From an uncultured Planctomycetaceae bacterium (lineage in GTDB: Bacteria; Planctomycetota; Planctomycetia; Pirellulales; PALSA-1355), in assembly GCA_963785305.1 (NCBI GenBank), contig CAWAUV010000009.1, positions 121,425 to 185,424 of the forward strand: 64,000 nt of DNA, read 5' to 3'. Shown piece after piece: positions 1-11,567 of the stretch. Every line of letters begins with the position of its first letter. Position 1 is the stretch's first letter. The position numbers were made by a program, and so were the translations under genes. The notes beneath the pieces were generated by a model. The model was not told where the DNA came from. It saw nothing but the letters and a program-made list of their open reading frames with translations, and did no database searches.

Positions 1-742
1 CGACGAGCTCGATGGCGCGGCGTTTGGTTCCTCGATGTTCGAGGGGGCGCCGCCCTCGAACGTGGGCCAAGACATCGGCCTCGCGCTGTTTTCTCCGCTG
101 CACTACGAACCCAATTATGCCTACCCGCTGGTCGTATGGCTGCACGGGCCAGGCGACGACGAGCGACAGCTACGCACCGTGATGCCGCTGGTCAGCATGC
201 GCAACTATGTGGGCGCCGCGGTGCGTGGCACGGCGCCGCTTGGCCCGCCGGGCGCCGGCTTTGCATGGCTCCAATCCGAGCCGCATATTCGGCTGGCCGA
301 GGAACGGGTTCTCGCCGCGGTGGCCGCCGCCGGGCAGCGATTCAATGTGGCGCCCTCGCGCGTGTTTCTCGCGGGCTTCGATTGCGGCGGCACCATGGCG
401 CTGCGAGTCGCGTGTCAGAATCCCGATCGGTTTGCCGGAGTGCTAAGCATGGGCGGCGAGTTTCCGCTCGGCCATGCGCCCTTGAGCCGGCTCGCCGAAG
501 TGCGCCGGCTGGCGGTGCTCCTGGCCACGGGCCGCGACAGCGATCGCTATCCGCCGGAGCGAGTTTGCGAAAATCTGCGGCTCTACTACGCCGCCGGCAT
601 GTCGATCCATCTGCGGCAATACCCGGTCGGCCAAGACCTGACCACCGAAATGCTGGCCGACATGGACCGCTGGATCATGGAGCAAATCGCCTCGCCCACG
701 ACCGCCGGCAGCTTTCTCGACAATGTGTCGCGAGAGCTGTGA
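1..742 (+). CDS. alpha/beta-hydrolase of the phospholipase/carboxylesterase / dienelactone-hydrolase family (5' end outside window)
   Basis: Reading frame is open to the window edge. Contains WLHGPGDD and GFDCGG (GxCxG nucleophile elbow with Cys, as in dienelactone hydrolases). Typical high-GC third-position bias. Confidence 0.6.
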   Translation, partial: DELDGAAFGSSMFEGAPPSNVGQDIGLALFSPLHYEPNYAYPLVVWLHGPGDDERQLRTVMPLVSMRNYVGAAVRGTAPLGPPGAGFAWLQSEPHIRLAEERVLAAVAAAGQRFNVAPSRVFLAGFDCGGTMALRVACQNPDRFAGVLSMGGEFPLGHAPLSRLAEVRRLAVLLATGRDSDRYPPERVCENLRLYYAAGMSIHLRQYPVGQDLTTEMLADMDRWIMEQIASPTTAGSFLDNVSREL

Positions 743-776
743 GGATTGAGGCTGGGCGAGCGAAATCAGAAAAACA

Positions 777-821
777 AGCGGCCCTGGCAGGCGGAGATTG
801 TCCGCCCGCCAGGGCCGCTGT
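777..821. terminator. GC-rich inverted repeat between convergent genes (bidirectional terminator-like hairpin)
   Basis: GCGGCCCTGGCAGGCGG...CCGCCCGCCAGGGCCGC, 17-bp arms with one mismatch and a 7-nt loop. Located between the stop of the esterase (+) and the stop of dps (-). Confidence 0.4.
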
Positions 822-850
822 GCGAATATTGGCGCGTTCGTCGCTCGCGA

Positions 851-1510
851 TCATTCCTCGTGCGTTTCGGGTACTGCGTGTATCTCGTGGTTCAACCGGA
901 GATTCGCCAAATGCTCGGCGACAAACCAGACTTGGGTTTCGTTCGTGCGCACCACATCGCTGATCAAGAGGTCGTTGGTGCCGTCGTCGCCCGAGTCGGT
1001 CGCTTTTTTGGCGGCCTTGCGTGATTCCTTGAGCACCAACTCATGGGCCTGTAGGAGCCGCGAGATTTGCGTGCGCGGCTCTTCGCGGTCGCGCGGCGGA
1101 CGCTCGAGCCGCGTCATTTCGGCAACGTCGTGGGCCATCGCCACCGCCACGCCGCCCAGGGTTTGAATCCGCTCGGCGATTTCGTCGACGAGTTCGGATT
1201 GTTCGCCAGCATGCTTGTCGAACAGCAGATGCAACTGGTAGAAGGTCGGCCCCGCCACTTGCCAGTGATGCTTCTTGTAAAGATCACGGAGGCTGATCGT
1301 GTCGGCCAATATCTGATTGAGGGCCGCAACGCTTTCGCGGCGGGCGTCGGCGCTAAGTCCCAGCGGCAAGTCGATCAGCTCGCCAAACGCCTGAATCGTG
1401 ACGGGCGATTGTTCAAGGCACGGCTGAGCGGCCGAGTGGTCGTGTCCATTGTGCTTCGCATGATTCTTGGCATGCGACGATGAATGGCCGACCTTCGTGG
1501 ATGTTGTCAT
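851..1510 (-). CDS. dps: Dps (DNA-binding ferritin-like protein) with His-rich N-terminal tail
   Basis: Core motif DLYKKHHWQVAGPTFYQLHLLFDKHAGEQSELVDEIAERIQTLGG. Start assigned to in-frame ATG (MTTSTKVGHSSSHAKNHAKHNGHDHS...). The ORF track's longer 283-aa version reads through the promoter repeats. Confidence 0.8.
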   Translation of the reverse strand: MTTSTKVGHSSSHAKNHAKHNGHDHSAAQPCLEQSPVTIQAFGELIDLPLGLSADARRESVAALNQILADTISLRDLYKKHHWQVAGPTFYQLHLLFDKHAGEQSELVDEIAERIQTLGGVAVAMAHDVAEMTRLERPPRDREEPRTQISRLLQAHELVLKESRKAAKKATDSGDDGTNDLLISDVVRTNETQVWFVAEHLANLRLNHEIHAVPETHEE

Positions 1511-1558
1511 GGTTGAAACTCCTTCATGAGGCGTCGGGGGGAATAGGTCTGAAAGTAT

Positions 1559-1588
1559 CCGTGGATTCGGGAATCGTGGATTCGGGAA
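1559..1588. promoter_or_regulatory. tandem 15-bp direct repeat (CGTGGATTCGGGAAT x2) 50-80 bp upstream of dps
   Basis: Two perfect adjacent copies, seen directly in the sequence. Position fits an operator or promoter element for dps. Confidence 0.3.
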
Positions 1589-1843
1589 TCGTGAAGTGCG
1601 GTCGCCAACGAGTGATTCACAAAACTTACGGCTCCTTGTCGAAGGGCGCGTGGCGCCGCTTCCGAGGCACGCCATTGTTCGCCTCTGCGGGGCGCAAGGC
1701 AAGCGCTACGCGGCGCAAGTCGCACGCGGGGGCAAAGTTCGAGACGAACCGGAAACATGCTCGCCATTTGCGAGAGCGCGACATTCACTTTGCATGTGCC
1801 GCGGCCGAGACTGCCGAACGCCGTCGAACGCCGCCATCCGACC

Positions 1844-2752
1844 CTATCGGCCGCGATTGCGCAAACTGCGCTGATTGAGATAGTCCACGAACACTTCGCC
1901 CATGTCGCGGCTGGTGTCGACCAGAACTCGCTCGACGCGATTGTGCCGACACATTTCGTCGAACCGGGTATTGAACCGCTCGAGGGCCCGCAAGTAGCCG
2001 GCGCGCAATTCCTCGGGCTGCGTGAGCAGTTCCTGGGGCAGTTCGAGGCCGACGAACTTAATCATGCCGTCGAATTCGAAGGCCAGTTCATCGTGGTGCA
2101 TGACCTGAAACAGCACCACTTCGTGCTTTTGATATCGCATGCGCTGCAGGGCGGATTCGAGCCGATCGAGATCGGTGAAGAAATCGCTGAACACCATCAC
2201 GATCTCGCGGCGGCCCATGCGGCCGGCCAGTTCGGAGAGGCATTCGGCCATGCGCGTTTTTTGCACTGGCGCGATCGTGTCGAGATGTTCGGTCATGCGC
2301 ACGATTTGGCCGAGCGAATTGCTCGGCGGCACGACTCCCAGCACCCGCTCGTCGAACGTGGCCAGCGACACCTTGTCGCTTTGGCGGACGATCGAATAGC
2401 CGAGCGTGGTGGCCATTTGCGCGGCATACAGCATTTTTTGGCGCCGGTCGGCGCCATAGCGCATCGACGCGCTCACGTCCAGAATCAAATGGCAGACGAA
2501 ATTCGTCTCCATTTCGTATTGCTTGATGAAATACTTGTCGCGGGTGAAATACACGCGCCAGTCGATGTGCTTCGGATCGTCGCCCGGCACATATTCGCGG
2601 TGCCCGGCAAATTCGACGGCAAAGCCCGAGAGCGGGCTTTTGTGAGCGCCGGCCAAATTGCCGAGCACCAAGCCCCGCGGCTCGATGTGTCGATCGGCCA
2701 TGCGGCTGAGCGTTTCCGGATTCAGATAGCGAGACAACACGCTTTTGACCAC
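1844..2752 (-). CDS. DUF58-family protein (vWA-like, MoxR-associated)
   Basis: Intact 302-aa ORF immediately downstream of the MoxR ATPase. The sequence pattern ILDVSASM...VMVFSDFF is typical of DUF58 partners of MoxR. Confidence 0.75.
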   Translation of the reverse strand: MVKSVLSRYLNPETLSRMADRHIEPRGLVLGNLAGAHKSPLSGFAVEFAGHREYVPGDDPKHIDWRVYFTRDKYFIKQYEMETNFVCHLILDVSASMRYGADRRQKMLYAAQMATTLGYSIVRQSDKVSLATFDERVLGVVPPSNSLGQIVRMTEHLDTIAPVQKTRMAECLSELAGRMGRREIVMVFSDFFTDLDRLESALQRMRYQKHEVVLFQVMHHDELAFEFDGMIKFVGLELPQELLTQPEELRAGYLRALERFNTRFDEMCRHNRVERVLVDTSRDMGEVFVDYLNQRSLRNRGR

Positions 2753-2811
2753 GAATCACCCTCCAGCAAAACAGAGCGCCTTGACGCTCCGTTAAATATT
2801 TCCACGGGTTG

Positions 2812-3840
2812 TCACGCGGCCGGTTTCTCGTATTTCTTGTCGGCTGGCACGGCCGCGAGCAACATGTCGATAAGCTGCTCGCTGCCGACGCCCGACGCCT
2901 GGGCCGCATAGTTGCTCGCCAGCCGGTGCCGCAGCGCCGGCTTGATCACGGCTTGCACATCGCCCACCGTGGCATGGTAGCGACCATAGAGAATCGCGCG
3001 GGCCTTGGCGGCCGTGACCAGCGTGAGCACGCCGCGCGGACCGGCGCCCCAACTGACCCATTTGTTCACGAACTCGGGCGCTTCGGCCGATCCCGGCCGC
3101 GACGACCGCACGATCGCCCAGGCATAGCCCAGCACCTGGTCGCTCACCGGCACTCGGGCCACGAGCTTTTGGAACTCGATGATTTCCTCGCCGCCGATCA
3201 CCGGCGAAATCTTGCCCATCAGGCCGGTGGTCACGCGGCGCGCGATCTCCCATTCCTCGGCGCCGCTCGGATAGTCCACCTTGATATGCAAGAGAAACCG
3301 ATCGAGTTGGGCTTCGGGCAGCGGATAGGTGCCTTCTTGCTCGAGCGGGTTCTGCGTGGCGAGCACGAAAAACGGCGCCGGCAGCCGATGCGTCGTGCCA
3401 CCCGCGCTCACTTGCCGCTCTTGCATCGCCTCGAGCATGGCGGCTTGCGTCTTGGGCGGAGTGCGATTGATTTCGTCGGCCAAGATAATGTTGGCAAACA
3501 GCGGGCCGGGTAAGAACTTGTATTCCCGGGCGCCCGTGGCGAGATTTTCCTGGATCACTTCGGTGCCGGTCACGTCCGACGGCATGAGGTCGGGCGTGAA
3601 TTGGATGCGCTTGAAGCTCATGTGCATCGATTCGGCCAAGCTGCTCACCAGCAAGGTTTTGGCGAGACCCGGCACTCCCTCGAGCAACGCATGGCCGCGC
3701 CCGAACACCGCGATCAGCACCTGCTCGATCACTTCTTCCTGGCCGACGATCACCTTCGAGAGCTCGTCGCGAATTCGGTTGTAGGCTTTTTCACACCGCT
3801 GCACGGCGGCGACATCATCGGGCGAGGCGGTCTCGTTCAT
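2812..3840 (-). CDS. MoxR-like AAA+ ATPase
   Basis: Walker A GVPGLAKT, Walker B ILADEINR, sensor motifs, 342 aa. Canonical MoxR architecture. Confidence 0.85.
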   Translation of the reverse strand: MNETASPDDVAAVQRCEKAYNRIRDELSKVIVGQEEVIEQVLIAVFGRGHALLEGVPGLAKTLLVSSLAESMHMSFKRIQFTPDLMPSDVTGTEVIQENLATGAREYKFLPGPLFANIILADEINRTPPKTQAAMLEAMQERQVSAGGTTHRLPAPFFVLATQNPLEQEGTYPLPEAQLDRFLLHIKVDYPSGAEEWEIARRVTTGLMGKISPVIGGEEIIEFQKLVARVPVSDQVLGYAWAIVRSSRPGSAEAPEFVNKWVSWGAGPRGVLTLVTAAKARAILYGRYHATVGDVQAVIKPALRHRLASNYAAQASGVGSEQLIDMLLAAVPADKKYEKPAA

Positions 3841-4095
3841 GGTCGTTTTCTCCAGGATAGGTCAATCGAGCGGTTCGTTGTTCGGAGCGGTCGGCGGCAA
3901 AGTTCGATCCGCGAGACTTTCCGCCGCCGGGCCGAGGATAGGAGGTCAGTCGAGATTTTCGAAATAGCGTTGCAGGCGATCTTCGTAACCGCGCGGGCGC
4001 GGCGCTGGCTCTTGGCGCGAATCGCCTTGCGCAGCTCGGGCGGAAGCTTGGCCACCCAGGGGTCTTCCTTGAGATTGCGCTTCGCGGGGTCGGCT

Positions 4096-7000
4096 TCATG
4101 CTTGTCGACGGTTTGCGCGATCGGCGCCGGGCGGCGGGCCCTCTTGTTTTTGGGCCGAGCCGGCGGCGGTCGGATCGTTCTGGGCTTCGCTGCCTTTTTC
4201 AGAGCTCGCGCCGCCCGAGGGGCTGCTCGAGGTCGCGCCCTTGTGGGGCGAGCCTTTATGCGGTTCCCCGGGTTGCCCGGGTTCGTGGGAACCGGACTCG
4301 GCCTGACCCTCGGCGGGTTGGCCTTGGCCCTGGTGCGGTTGACCGTCGTGGCCTTTTTGGCCGGCTTGACCTTCGTGGCCTTTGCCCGACTCGCCTTGAG
4401 GCTCGCCGGCGCCTTCGCCCGACTCGCTTTCACCGGCGGCGGCCTCGGCGGCGGCGACCATCGCGGCGGCGTTCATCGCCGCTTCGCCCGCGATCTGGGC
4501 GGCGGTCACATCGGGCGAATTGGGCACGAGACCGGTCCCGAGATTGGCGTCGGGCGGAGCGGCATCGGCCATGCCCTCGGCCGAGCCCGTGGGCGGATCG
4601 CCTTGGCCGGCGTCCAAGGGCGCATCGCCCCCCCGCGGCGAGTCGGCGCCGTCTACATTGGCAGCGCTAGCGTCGGCGGGTGGAGTCGCGTTGTTCGCGT
4701 CGGCGGGCGGCGCGGCGGGATGTTCTGCCGCGCCTCGCGGCGCCGGTTTGGCGGCCGCTTCGTTGCGCGCGGCCGCGGGATGCGCGGGATCGCGATGGGC
4801 GGCATCGGCCGCCGGCATCGACTGGTCGCCCGGCGGATCGGGATGCACGCCGAGGTTCGACGCCAACTCGAGCGCCTCGCGGAGCGGCTTGTTGGCCACT
4901 TCATCTTGATGGGCGATTTCAGCGGCGCCTTCGCCGGTTGCTCGCTGGGCATCGGCGAATCGCTCGGTCGCCTGTTGCAGGCCCTTGGCGGCCTCGGCCT
5001 GGGCCGGAGTGGGCGCTTCCTTGGCGGGCGGCGAATCCTTTTCGGCCGGCTCGTGTTTTCCGGGTTTCTCGTTATTGGGCTTTTGGGCCGCTTGCGCTTC
5101 CTGGCTGGCCTTCGCGAGCGCTTCGCTCTTGGCCACGATCGCGTCGCGAGCCGATTGCTGCTCCTGGGCCAAGTGGGCAAGCGCTTCGGCGATGGCTTTG
5201 TCGTGCGCCAATTCTTGTTGCCGGGCGGCAAGGCTTGCGGCGGCTCGTTCTTCACCCCGCTCGACTCCGCGCTCGGCTTCGGCCGCTTGCGCCGCGGTGG
5301 GCGGCGCATATTCGGCGCCTTCGGCCGCTTGCTGGGCCGCTTCCAGGGCGGCGCCGGCGCCTGGATCGATCGGCGCGGCTTGGTCGGCCATTTCCCCCGC
5401 TTTTTTCGCGGCGGCGGCCAGTTGGGCGGCTTCTTCGCGCGCCGTGGATTCGATCGCTTGCCGGAGCGCTTTATTGGCTTTTTCGAGCGCTTTGGTCGTG
5501 GCCTGCCGCGAGGCTTTTGCCTCTTCGGCGGCGCCGGCTTCGAGTTGGGCGGCGGCCTGGGTGGCGTCGGCGGCGGCTTCGCCCGCGGCTTCGGCGGCGG
5601 CGGGCGCGTCGCCATGCGCCATTTCGGCCGCTTCGTGACTCATCTGCGCCACGCGCTGTTCGGCGGCGGCGTCGGGCGCACCGGCCGGTTGGGCGGCGGC
5701 TTCGCGCGCGGCGGTTTCCGCGTCATGCCGAGCTTGGGCGAGCGCTTCGCTCGCCGCTTGCCGCTGGGCGTCGGCCGCGGCGGCGTTGCCCCGAATCGCC
5801 TCGCGCGCGGCCTCGCTGGCGGCTTGCTGGGCCTTTTCCAGCGCATGGGCCGCTTGCTCGAGACCGGGGGCCGGCTTGCTGGCGGCGGCAAGCTCGGCGG
5901 CTCGATCGGCGATCTTTTGCTCGGCCGCGGCCGATTCCGCGCCGCCGGCGGCGCTGCCGGCCATGGCGTCGGCGGCTTGATCCACGGCGGCTTGTTCGCC
6001 CATCGCGGCGCCGATCTCGCGAGCCAAGTCTTCGGCGGCGGCGGCCTGAGGATGGCCCGCGGCGCGCTGCTGCTCGGCGTGGGCTTGCTGCACCTTCTGC
6101 TGGGCTTCGGCGAGCCGCTGGAGCTTTTCGGCTCGCGAGTCGGCTTGGTGGGCGAGCGCGGCCTCGACCGCTTCACGCGCATTGGCGGCGTCGTTCATTT
6201 GCCGCTCGCTCACTTTGGCAAGCTCCTCGGCCGCGTGGCCCACATCGGCTCGAAGCTGCTGGGCGGCTTTGGCCAAGGTGTCGGCGGCGGTCCGCGCGTC
6301 GTGGGCCGCTTTGTCGGCGGCGGTCTTCGCGGTGGCTTGCTCGTCGGCGAGTGCATTGGCGGCCGCGGCGAGCTCATGGGCCGCGGCGGCGAGCTGCGGC
6401 GCGGCTTTTTCGAGCGTCGCGGCGGCGTCGGGGGCGGTTTGCTTCACGCCTTCGGCCGTTTTCGCGGCGACTTCCGCGATTTGAGATTGCTCGAAGGCCA
6501 TCTGCTTCGCGTCGGCCGGGGCGAGGCCCTCGTGTTGGGCGGCCTCGGCGGCTTCAGCCGCGATCTCGCGCTCGGCGGCGGCGGCGCGCTCGAGCGCTTC
6601 GGCCGCCCGGGCCTGTTCGCCAATCTTTACCGCTAACTGGCGCCGCTCGGTGTCGGCGATGGCGGCTTGAATTTCGGCCGCTGCCCGGTCGACCGCTTTT
6701 TCGGCGGTCTTGGCGGCGGCTTGCGCTTGAGCCGCGGCGGGCGATTGAGCCGCGTCTTGCTTGGCGGGGTCTTGTTTCGACGCCTCTGGCTTGGCGGCTT
6801 CGTTCAGGGCGGCCGACGCTTCGGCCGCGGCGTCTTTGGCTTGTTCGAGTCGGCTGGCCACGGTCGGCGGCAAGAGCTCATGGGAACTGGCGATCTTGCC
6901 CACGGCGTCGGCCACCGCATGCTCCTTGGCGCTCGCCGCGGCCGGCTCGGGCTTGGCGGCGGCCGTGGCTTGATGCTGCTCGGCTTGCGCCGGGGCGATT

Positions 7001-8330
7001 TGTTTGGCGGCCTCTTTAAGCTGATCGAGCTGCTGGGCCAGTTGATCGGCGCTCATGTCGGCCGAAGCCGGATCGGCGGCGGTCTGCAATTGGTTGGCGA
7101 TCTCGGCCAGATTGCCGAGCACGGCGCCCTGTTCCTTGATCGCCTCCTCCGTCTTGTTTTCGAACAGCGCGGCGGTCGCCTCTTGGGCCGCTTGCTTGGC
7201 TTGCTCGACCAGCGGGGTCGCGGCCGGCGCGGCGGCCAGGGCTTCGCCGAGTTGATCGAGTTGCTTGGCCAACTTCGATTGATCCTCGATCAGTCGTTCC
7301 ATGGCCTTGTCGTCTTGCGGCGCGTTTTTGGTTTGCTCGCGAATCTGCTCCTCTTGCTTCATGAGGGCCTGCACCATGCGCATCGCGTCTTCGTTGTCGG
7401 CGCCGATGATGCCCTGCGTTTGCTCGATCTTTTCAAGCAACGCCTGCAGGCCCTTGATGACGGCCCGTTCGCCGCGGGCGGCATCGTCGAATTGGGCGTC
7501 GTCGAGCTTGGCCGCGGCGGTGTCGAGTTCGACGCCGACCTGGGCGGCTTTGAGAATGCGAAGCCCATCGGCGGCGCCGGCGCCGACCGGTCCACCCAGG
7601 CGCTCACATCGGCCAGCGTGTCGACCAGCCGCGCGAAGAGCGCTTTCACGTCGCGCTGATCTTGCGAGGCGCCGAGCGTGAGCGTTTCTTGTTGCAAGCG
7701 GGGCTGCTCGGGAATCGACTCGGTTACGCGGAGCACGCCTTTTTCCAACTGGATCAAGCGGCGAGTTTGGGCCGAAAGCTCGGCGACTTTCAACCGGCGC
7801 AAAAGATTCTGCCGCTCGACCGAAAGTCGAATCACGATCTCGCGAATCTTTTCGCGTGCCTCGCCGACGCGAGCCTTCCGCTCGGCAGGCGCCAAGCTCT
7901 GGGCTTCGACCAAAAGATCGACGACTTCCGCCATCTCGGCGCCGATCAGCTTGTCGATGTTCTCGCGCATCGAGGCGATCTCGCCATGGATCGGGAGCTT
8001 GTCGAGACCGTTTTCCTTGAGCTGCTTGAGTTGGATATCCAAGATGCTCGAAATCAATTCACGGGCCATCGCTCGCGCGCGTTGCTGCGCTTCTTGCTTG
8101 TGGCGGAGCGATTCGCCGCCGGCGGGGCCCACCGCATTGCCGGCGCCGGAAGTCTTGGAAGCTCCGGGCTTCGAGCCATCGGCGGCGCGAGCCACCGGCT
8201 CGCCGGCAATGGCAAACGACAAGCCCAAGCCCAAAGCCAGGACCATGAGCATGGGCATGGGCTTTAGAGACCACGGCGACAGCCAAACGATCGACTCTTT
8301 GCGCGGGGCTTGCTCATTTCTGATCTCCAA
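4096..8330 (-). CDS. Giant secreted or membrane-anchored Ala/Glu/Gln-rich coiled-coil protein (~1400 aa), split by one apparent frameshift near 7560-7600
   Basis: N-terminal hydrophobic segment (MLMVLALGLGLSFAIAGEP) in the 7359..8330 frame. That frame turns to junk after VDRSAPAPP, while the 4096..7440 frame reads sensibly upstream (RILKAAQVGVELDTAAAKLDDAQFDD...). The junction lies in a GGCGCCGGCGCCG run. Low-complexity Gly/Gln/Glu-rich C-terminus. Confidence 0.55.
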
Positions 8331-9977
8331 TGCCGAGTTGCCGGGTGATGATGGCGTCGAGCTGGCGGGCCGAGCGCTCGTCGGCTTCGGAAATCGCCGC
8401 CAGCACGCCGCTTTCGTCGGTGACCTGAAGCACGACCGGTTCGCTTTGCGCCGACTGGCCGGCGCCGCTCCCTCGATAGTCTACCGCCTCGAGCGTCACT
8501 TTAAGCTGATCGCCCTTGGATAATTTGAGCGGCGATAGCGAAAGACGGTAGCTGTCTTTGAGTGGCAGGCGATCGGCCAAGAGCGGCTCGCGAAATTCGT
8601 GGGCCACGAGCGGCGGCAGTTCGAGCACGCTGCCATCGGGACTCGTTTTTTCCAGCCGCACCAGCACGTGCGCGAGCCCGAAATCGTCGGTCGCGCGGTA
8701 TTCGATTTTCGGTCCGGCCGTGGGCAGCACATATTTCGTGACCACATCGGCCACGATCCGCGGTCGTTGGTCGGCCTTGATCCGCACAAAGCCCTCGATC
8801 GGATGCTCGAGCCCCAGGCCGTCTTCATCGACCACTTGGGCTTCCCAGCGAAGCGGCTTTTCGACCCGGGCCAGCGGCGTGTGCTCGCTGGCAAGCGTCC
8901 AAAGTTCGGCGGAGGAAGCATCGGTCTTTGTCGCGGCGCCAGACGGGCTCTTTCCAGGTCCACTCTTCGTCAGCGGGTACTTCACTCCGTCGATCGTGAG
9001 CCAAGCTTCGGTCAGATGCTTGTTGGCGCAGCTGAGCCGCGCCTCGATCTTCGAGCCCTCGATCACCGAAAGCTGCCGCGAGCCGGCGCTGCTTTCATTG
9101 GCCACGCCGCGGGCATAGGCCGGCGGAATCGGTGTCATTCGCGGCTCGATCACCGGCAGCGGCACAACCAAGAGCTCGAGCGGATCGGTCCAAGCGTCGC
9201 CGAGATAGAGCTGAAACGCGAGCGAGTCGGTGAGTTTCGAGAGTTGCCCCGCATAAAGCCCCGCGGCGGCGGCGGCTTCGTTGGGGCTCTCGATCGGCGC
9301 CAGCTCGACGCGAGTTTCCGCGCCGCCGGCCAATGTGCGCAGATCGGCGCGCCCGCGGCGGGACGCTCGCCCGAGGTCTCGACCACGATTTTCAGCGGCT
9401 CGCCATAGGGTGTCTTGACGCGACCCATGTGGCCGGGCAAAGCGTCGATCTCGCGGCCATTGACGAGCACGCGCTCGATTTCGGTGGCCGTCGGATAGTG
9501 CGCGGCGCCGAGCATGAGTCGATCAAGAAACGCGGCCACGTAGCGCGGCGCAAGCGCCACGAACAGACCCAGGGCCAGGACCGAGCCGAAGAGCAGCGTC
9601 ATGCGGCGCGACACGTCGCGGCGAGGAAAGCCATCGAACACATTCCAGCTTTTGCCGAATTCGGCCACATAGTCGACCACCGCGGTTTCGAGCCGCGGCG
9701 AGCCCCAGTTTCGGGCCGCGGGGGTCTCGAATTGGAGAGCGGCCACGAGGTCGCTATCGATTTTTTGCTCTCGCTCGACCAGCAGGGCCATGTCGAGCTC
9801 GGTCTCGCGATGCCCGAACCAGGGCCACGCGAAGCGCCGCGCCGCCCAAACGACTGCCGCCGCGATGCCGAGCAGCAGCACCACGCGCTGGGAGCGGGTG
9901 AGCAGCAGCGAATAGTCGATGCCCATCGCCACGGCGAGCGACCACAGCGCCGCGAGCGCCAGCGCGGCGTGGGCCAT
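8314..9977 (-). CDS. Membrane protein of the MoxR/BatA operon (multi-TM N-terminus), split by an apparent frameshift near 9340-9360
   Basis: The 9150..9977 frame carries TM helices and is sensible to about KIVVETSGER. The 8314..9333 frame then continues with sensible sequence to its stop. There is a 4-bp overlap with the start of the coiled-coil gene. Confidence 0.45.
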
Positions 9978-10046
9978 GCCCCAGCGCGACCAGTTGGCGG
10001 CGGCGGCGGAGCCGAGCGAGTTGTGCCCGAAGCGCGGAGAGTTTCG

Positions 10047-11538
10047 TCATGGCAAGTTGATCATTTTTCTGAAGAACCATTCGCCGATCAGCAGCGCCGC
10101 CATGAGCCCGAAGCCCAGCCAGGTGTCCCAGACCTGAAACACCTTGGTCGAGGTTTCTTCTTTGACGATTGGCTTGGATATCGTCGGGCAACCGTTCGGC
10201 CGAAGCCAAGTCATAGGCTCGGCCGCCGGTCGAGGCCGACGATTTCTTCTTGCAGGCTGGCGTTGCGGGTGGCGCTGCGGCGCTCGGCCGAGAGGCTGGC
10301 CACCTGGAAGCCCACCTCCGAGGTGTCGCCGGTCACGGGGTCCTTCACGCGCGCACGATACTCGACCGCCGTCGGGCACATCGGACGCGGGCCTCGAACA
10401 CGCCCTCGCGGAGCGGGGTGATCGAAAGCTCGCTGCGGCTCGGCGCCGGTCGACGAGCGCTCGGGCGGCATCAGTTCGGCCGGCAAGCGGTGGTCGGGAA
10501 TTTTGTCTTCGCCCAGCGGCTCGAAGTTCGCGTCATAGGCTTCGACCGTGAGCACCACTTTATCGTCGACCTGATATCGCGGACGATCGGTGCGCACGCA
10601 CGAATCGCTTCTGGCTGCCGAGGGTGTGGCTGAGGCCGAGGCGATGGATCATTTGTCCCCAGAACTGGCGATAGTAAAGTTCGCCGTATTTGCGTCGCAG
10701 CCGCCAGGTTTCGTCGAAACCCAGATACACGACCTCGCCGCGGCCATAGCGGCGCATGGCAATGAGCGGCTGGGGAGTCTTGCCATCGACGCACATGTCT
10801 TTCGGATGCACGGCCAGGGCCGTGGCCAGCGGATGCAATCGCGAGACGGGTTGATACCAAGGGAGCGGCCCCAGGTTGAGCCAAGCCTTGCGATTCTCGG
10901 CCCCGTCTACACCCAGTTGCATGAAGTCGAATTGCTCGGCGGCCGGCGTCATTTGCAAGATGAACTCTTTCTGATCTTGCAGTTTCGCCGCCGCCATCGA
11001 CCACGACCGGCAACATGTCGGCCAGCGGAGTCGACGCCAACTGGCCGGGACCAAATCGCGGACCGCCGATCACCACCAAGCCGCCGCCGAACTTGCCGAC
11101 GAACTCCTTGACCAGTTCGCAAAAGCGCGAATTGAGCGACCCGGCCGGCATGTCGCCGATGAACAGCACATCGTTGGCGAAGAACTCGCTTCGTTGCGGA
11201 GTGAGCGTCGGCAAAAACAATTCGTTCGTCGTGCGCACCTTGGGATCGGCCGAGCGGAGAAAAGTGCGGAAGCCGCGAGGGCCGACCAGCTTGTCGCGAT
11301 AGAACACCTCCTTGATGAATCGCCATTCCCAAGTGGGTTCGTACTCGACGAACATCAGCCGCAAAAAATCATCGCGAATGTTGACTTCGCGCGTTGCGCG
11401 GTTGTTCTGATCGACCACCTCGCCCGACACGACCGGAGTCTCGGCGATGAGCTCGAAGTGGCCGGTTTCCTCGGGTGTGAAGGGAAATTCGATCGATTGC
11501 GTGGGCCCATGCAGCTCGACCGAGCGCGTGCCGATCAC
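10047..11538 (-). pseudogene. C-terminal part of a BatA/vWA-family protein broken into at least 4 frames (probably continuous with 11568..12563)
   Basis: Sensible protein segments in four different frames: 10471..11538 (to ...PVVVDGGG), 10560..11054 (AKLQDQKEF...SQKRF), 10211..10597 and 10047..10379 (...FFRKMINLP stop). The junction at about 10990 lies in a GGCGGCGGCG run. Frame-joining at about 11575 (gcgcggcggc) links it to the upstream vWA ORF. Confidence 0.4.
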
Positions 11539-11567
11539 GAAGGTGTCGATGGCCGACGGCGAATCGC

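Noticed and set aside
1757-7019. Long plus-strand ORFs (1757..2911, 3601..6636 of 1011 aa, 4680..7019 of 779 aa) opposite the DUF58/MoxR/coiled-coil genes
   Set aside because: Arg/Gly/Ala-rich, low-complexity translations with no motifs. Classic antisense shadow ORFs of a high-GC genome; the minus-strand genes carry clear domain signatures.
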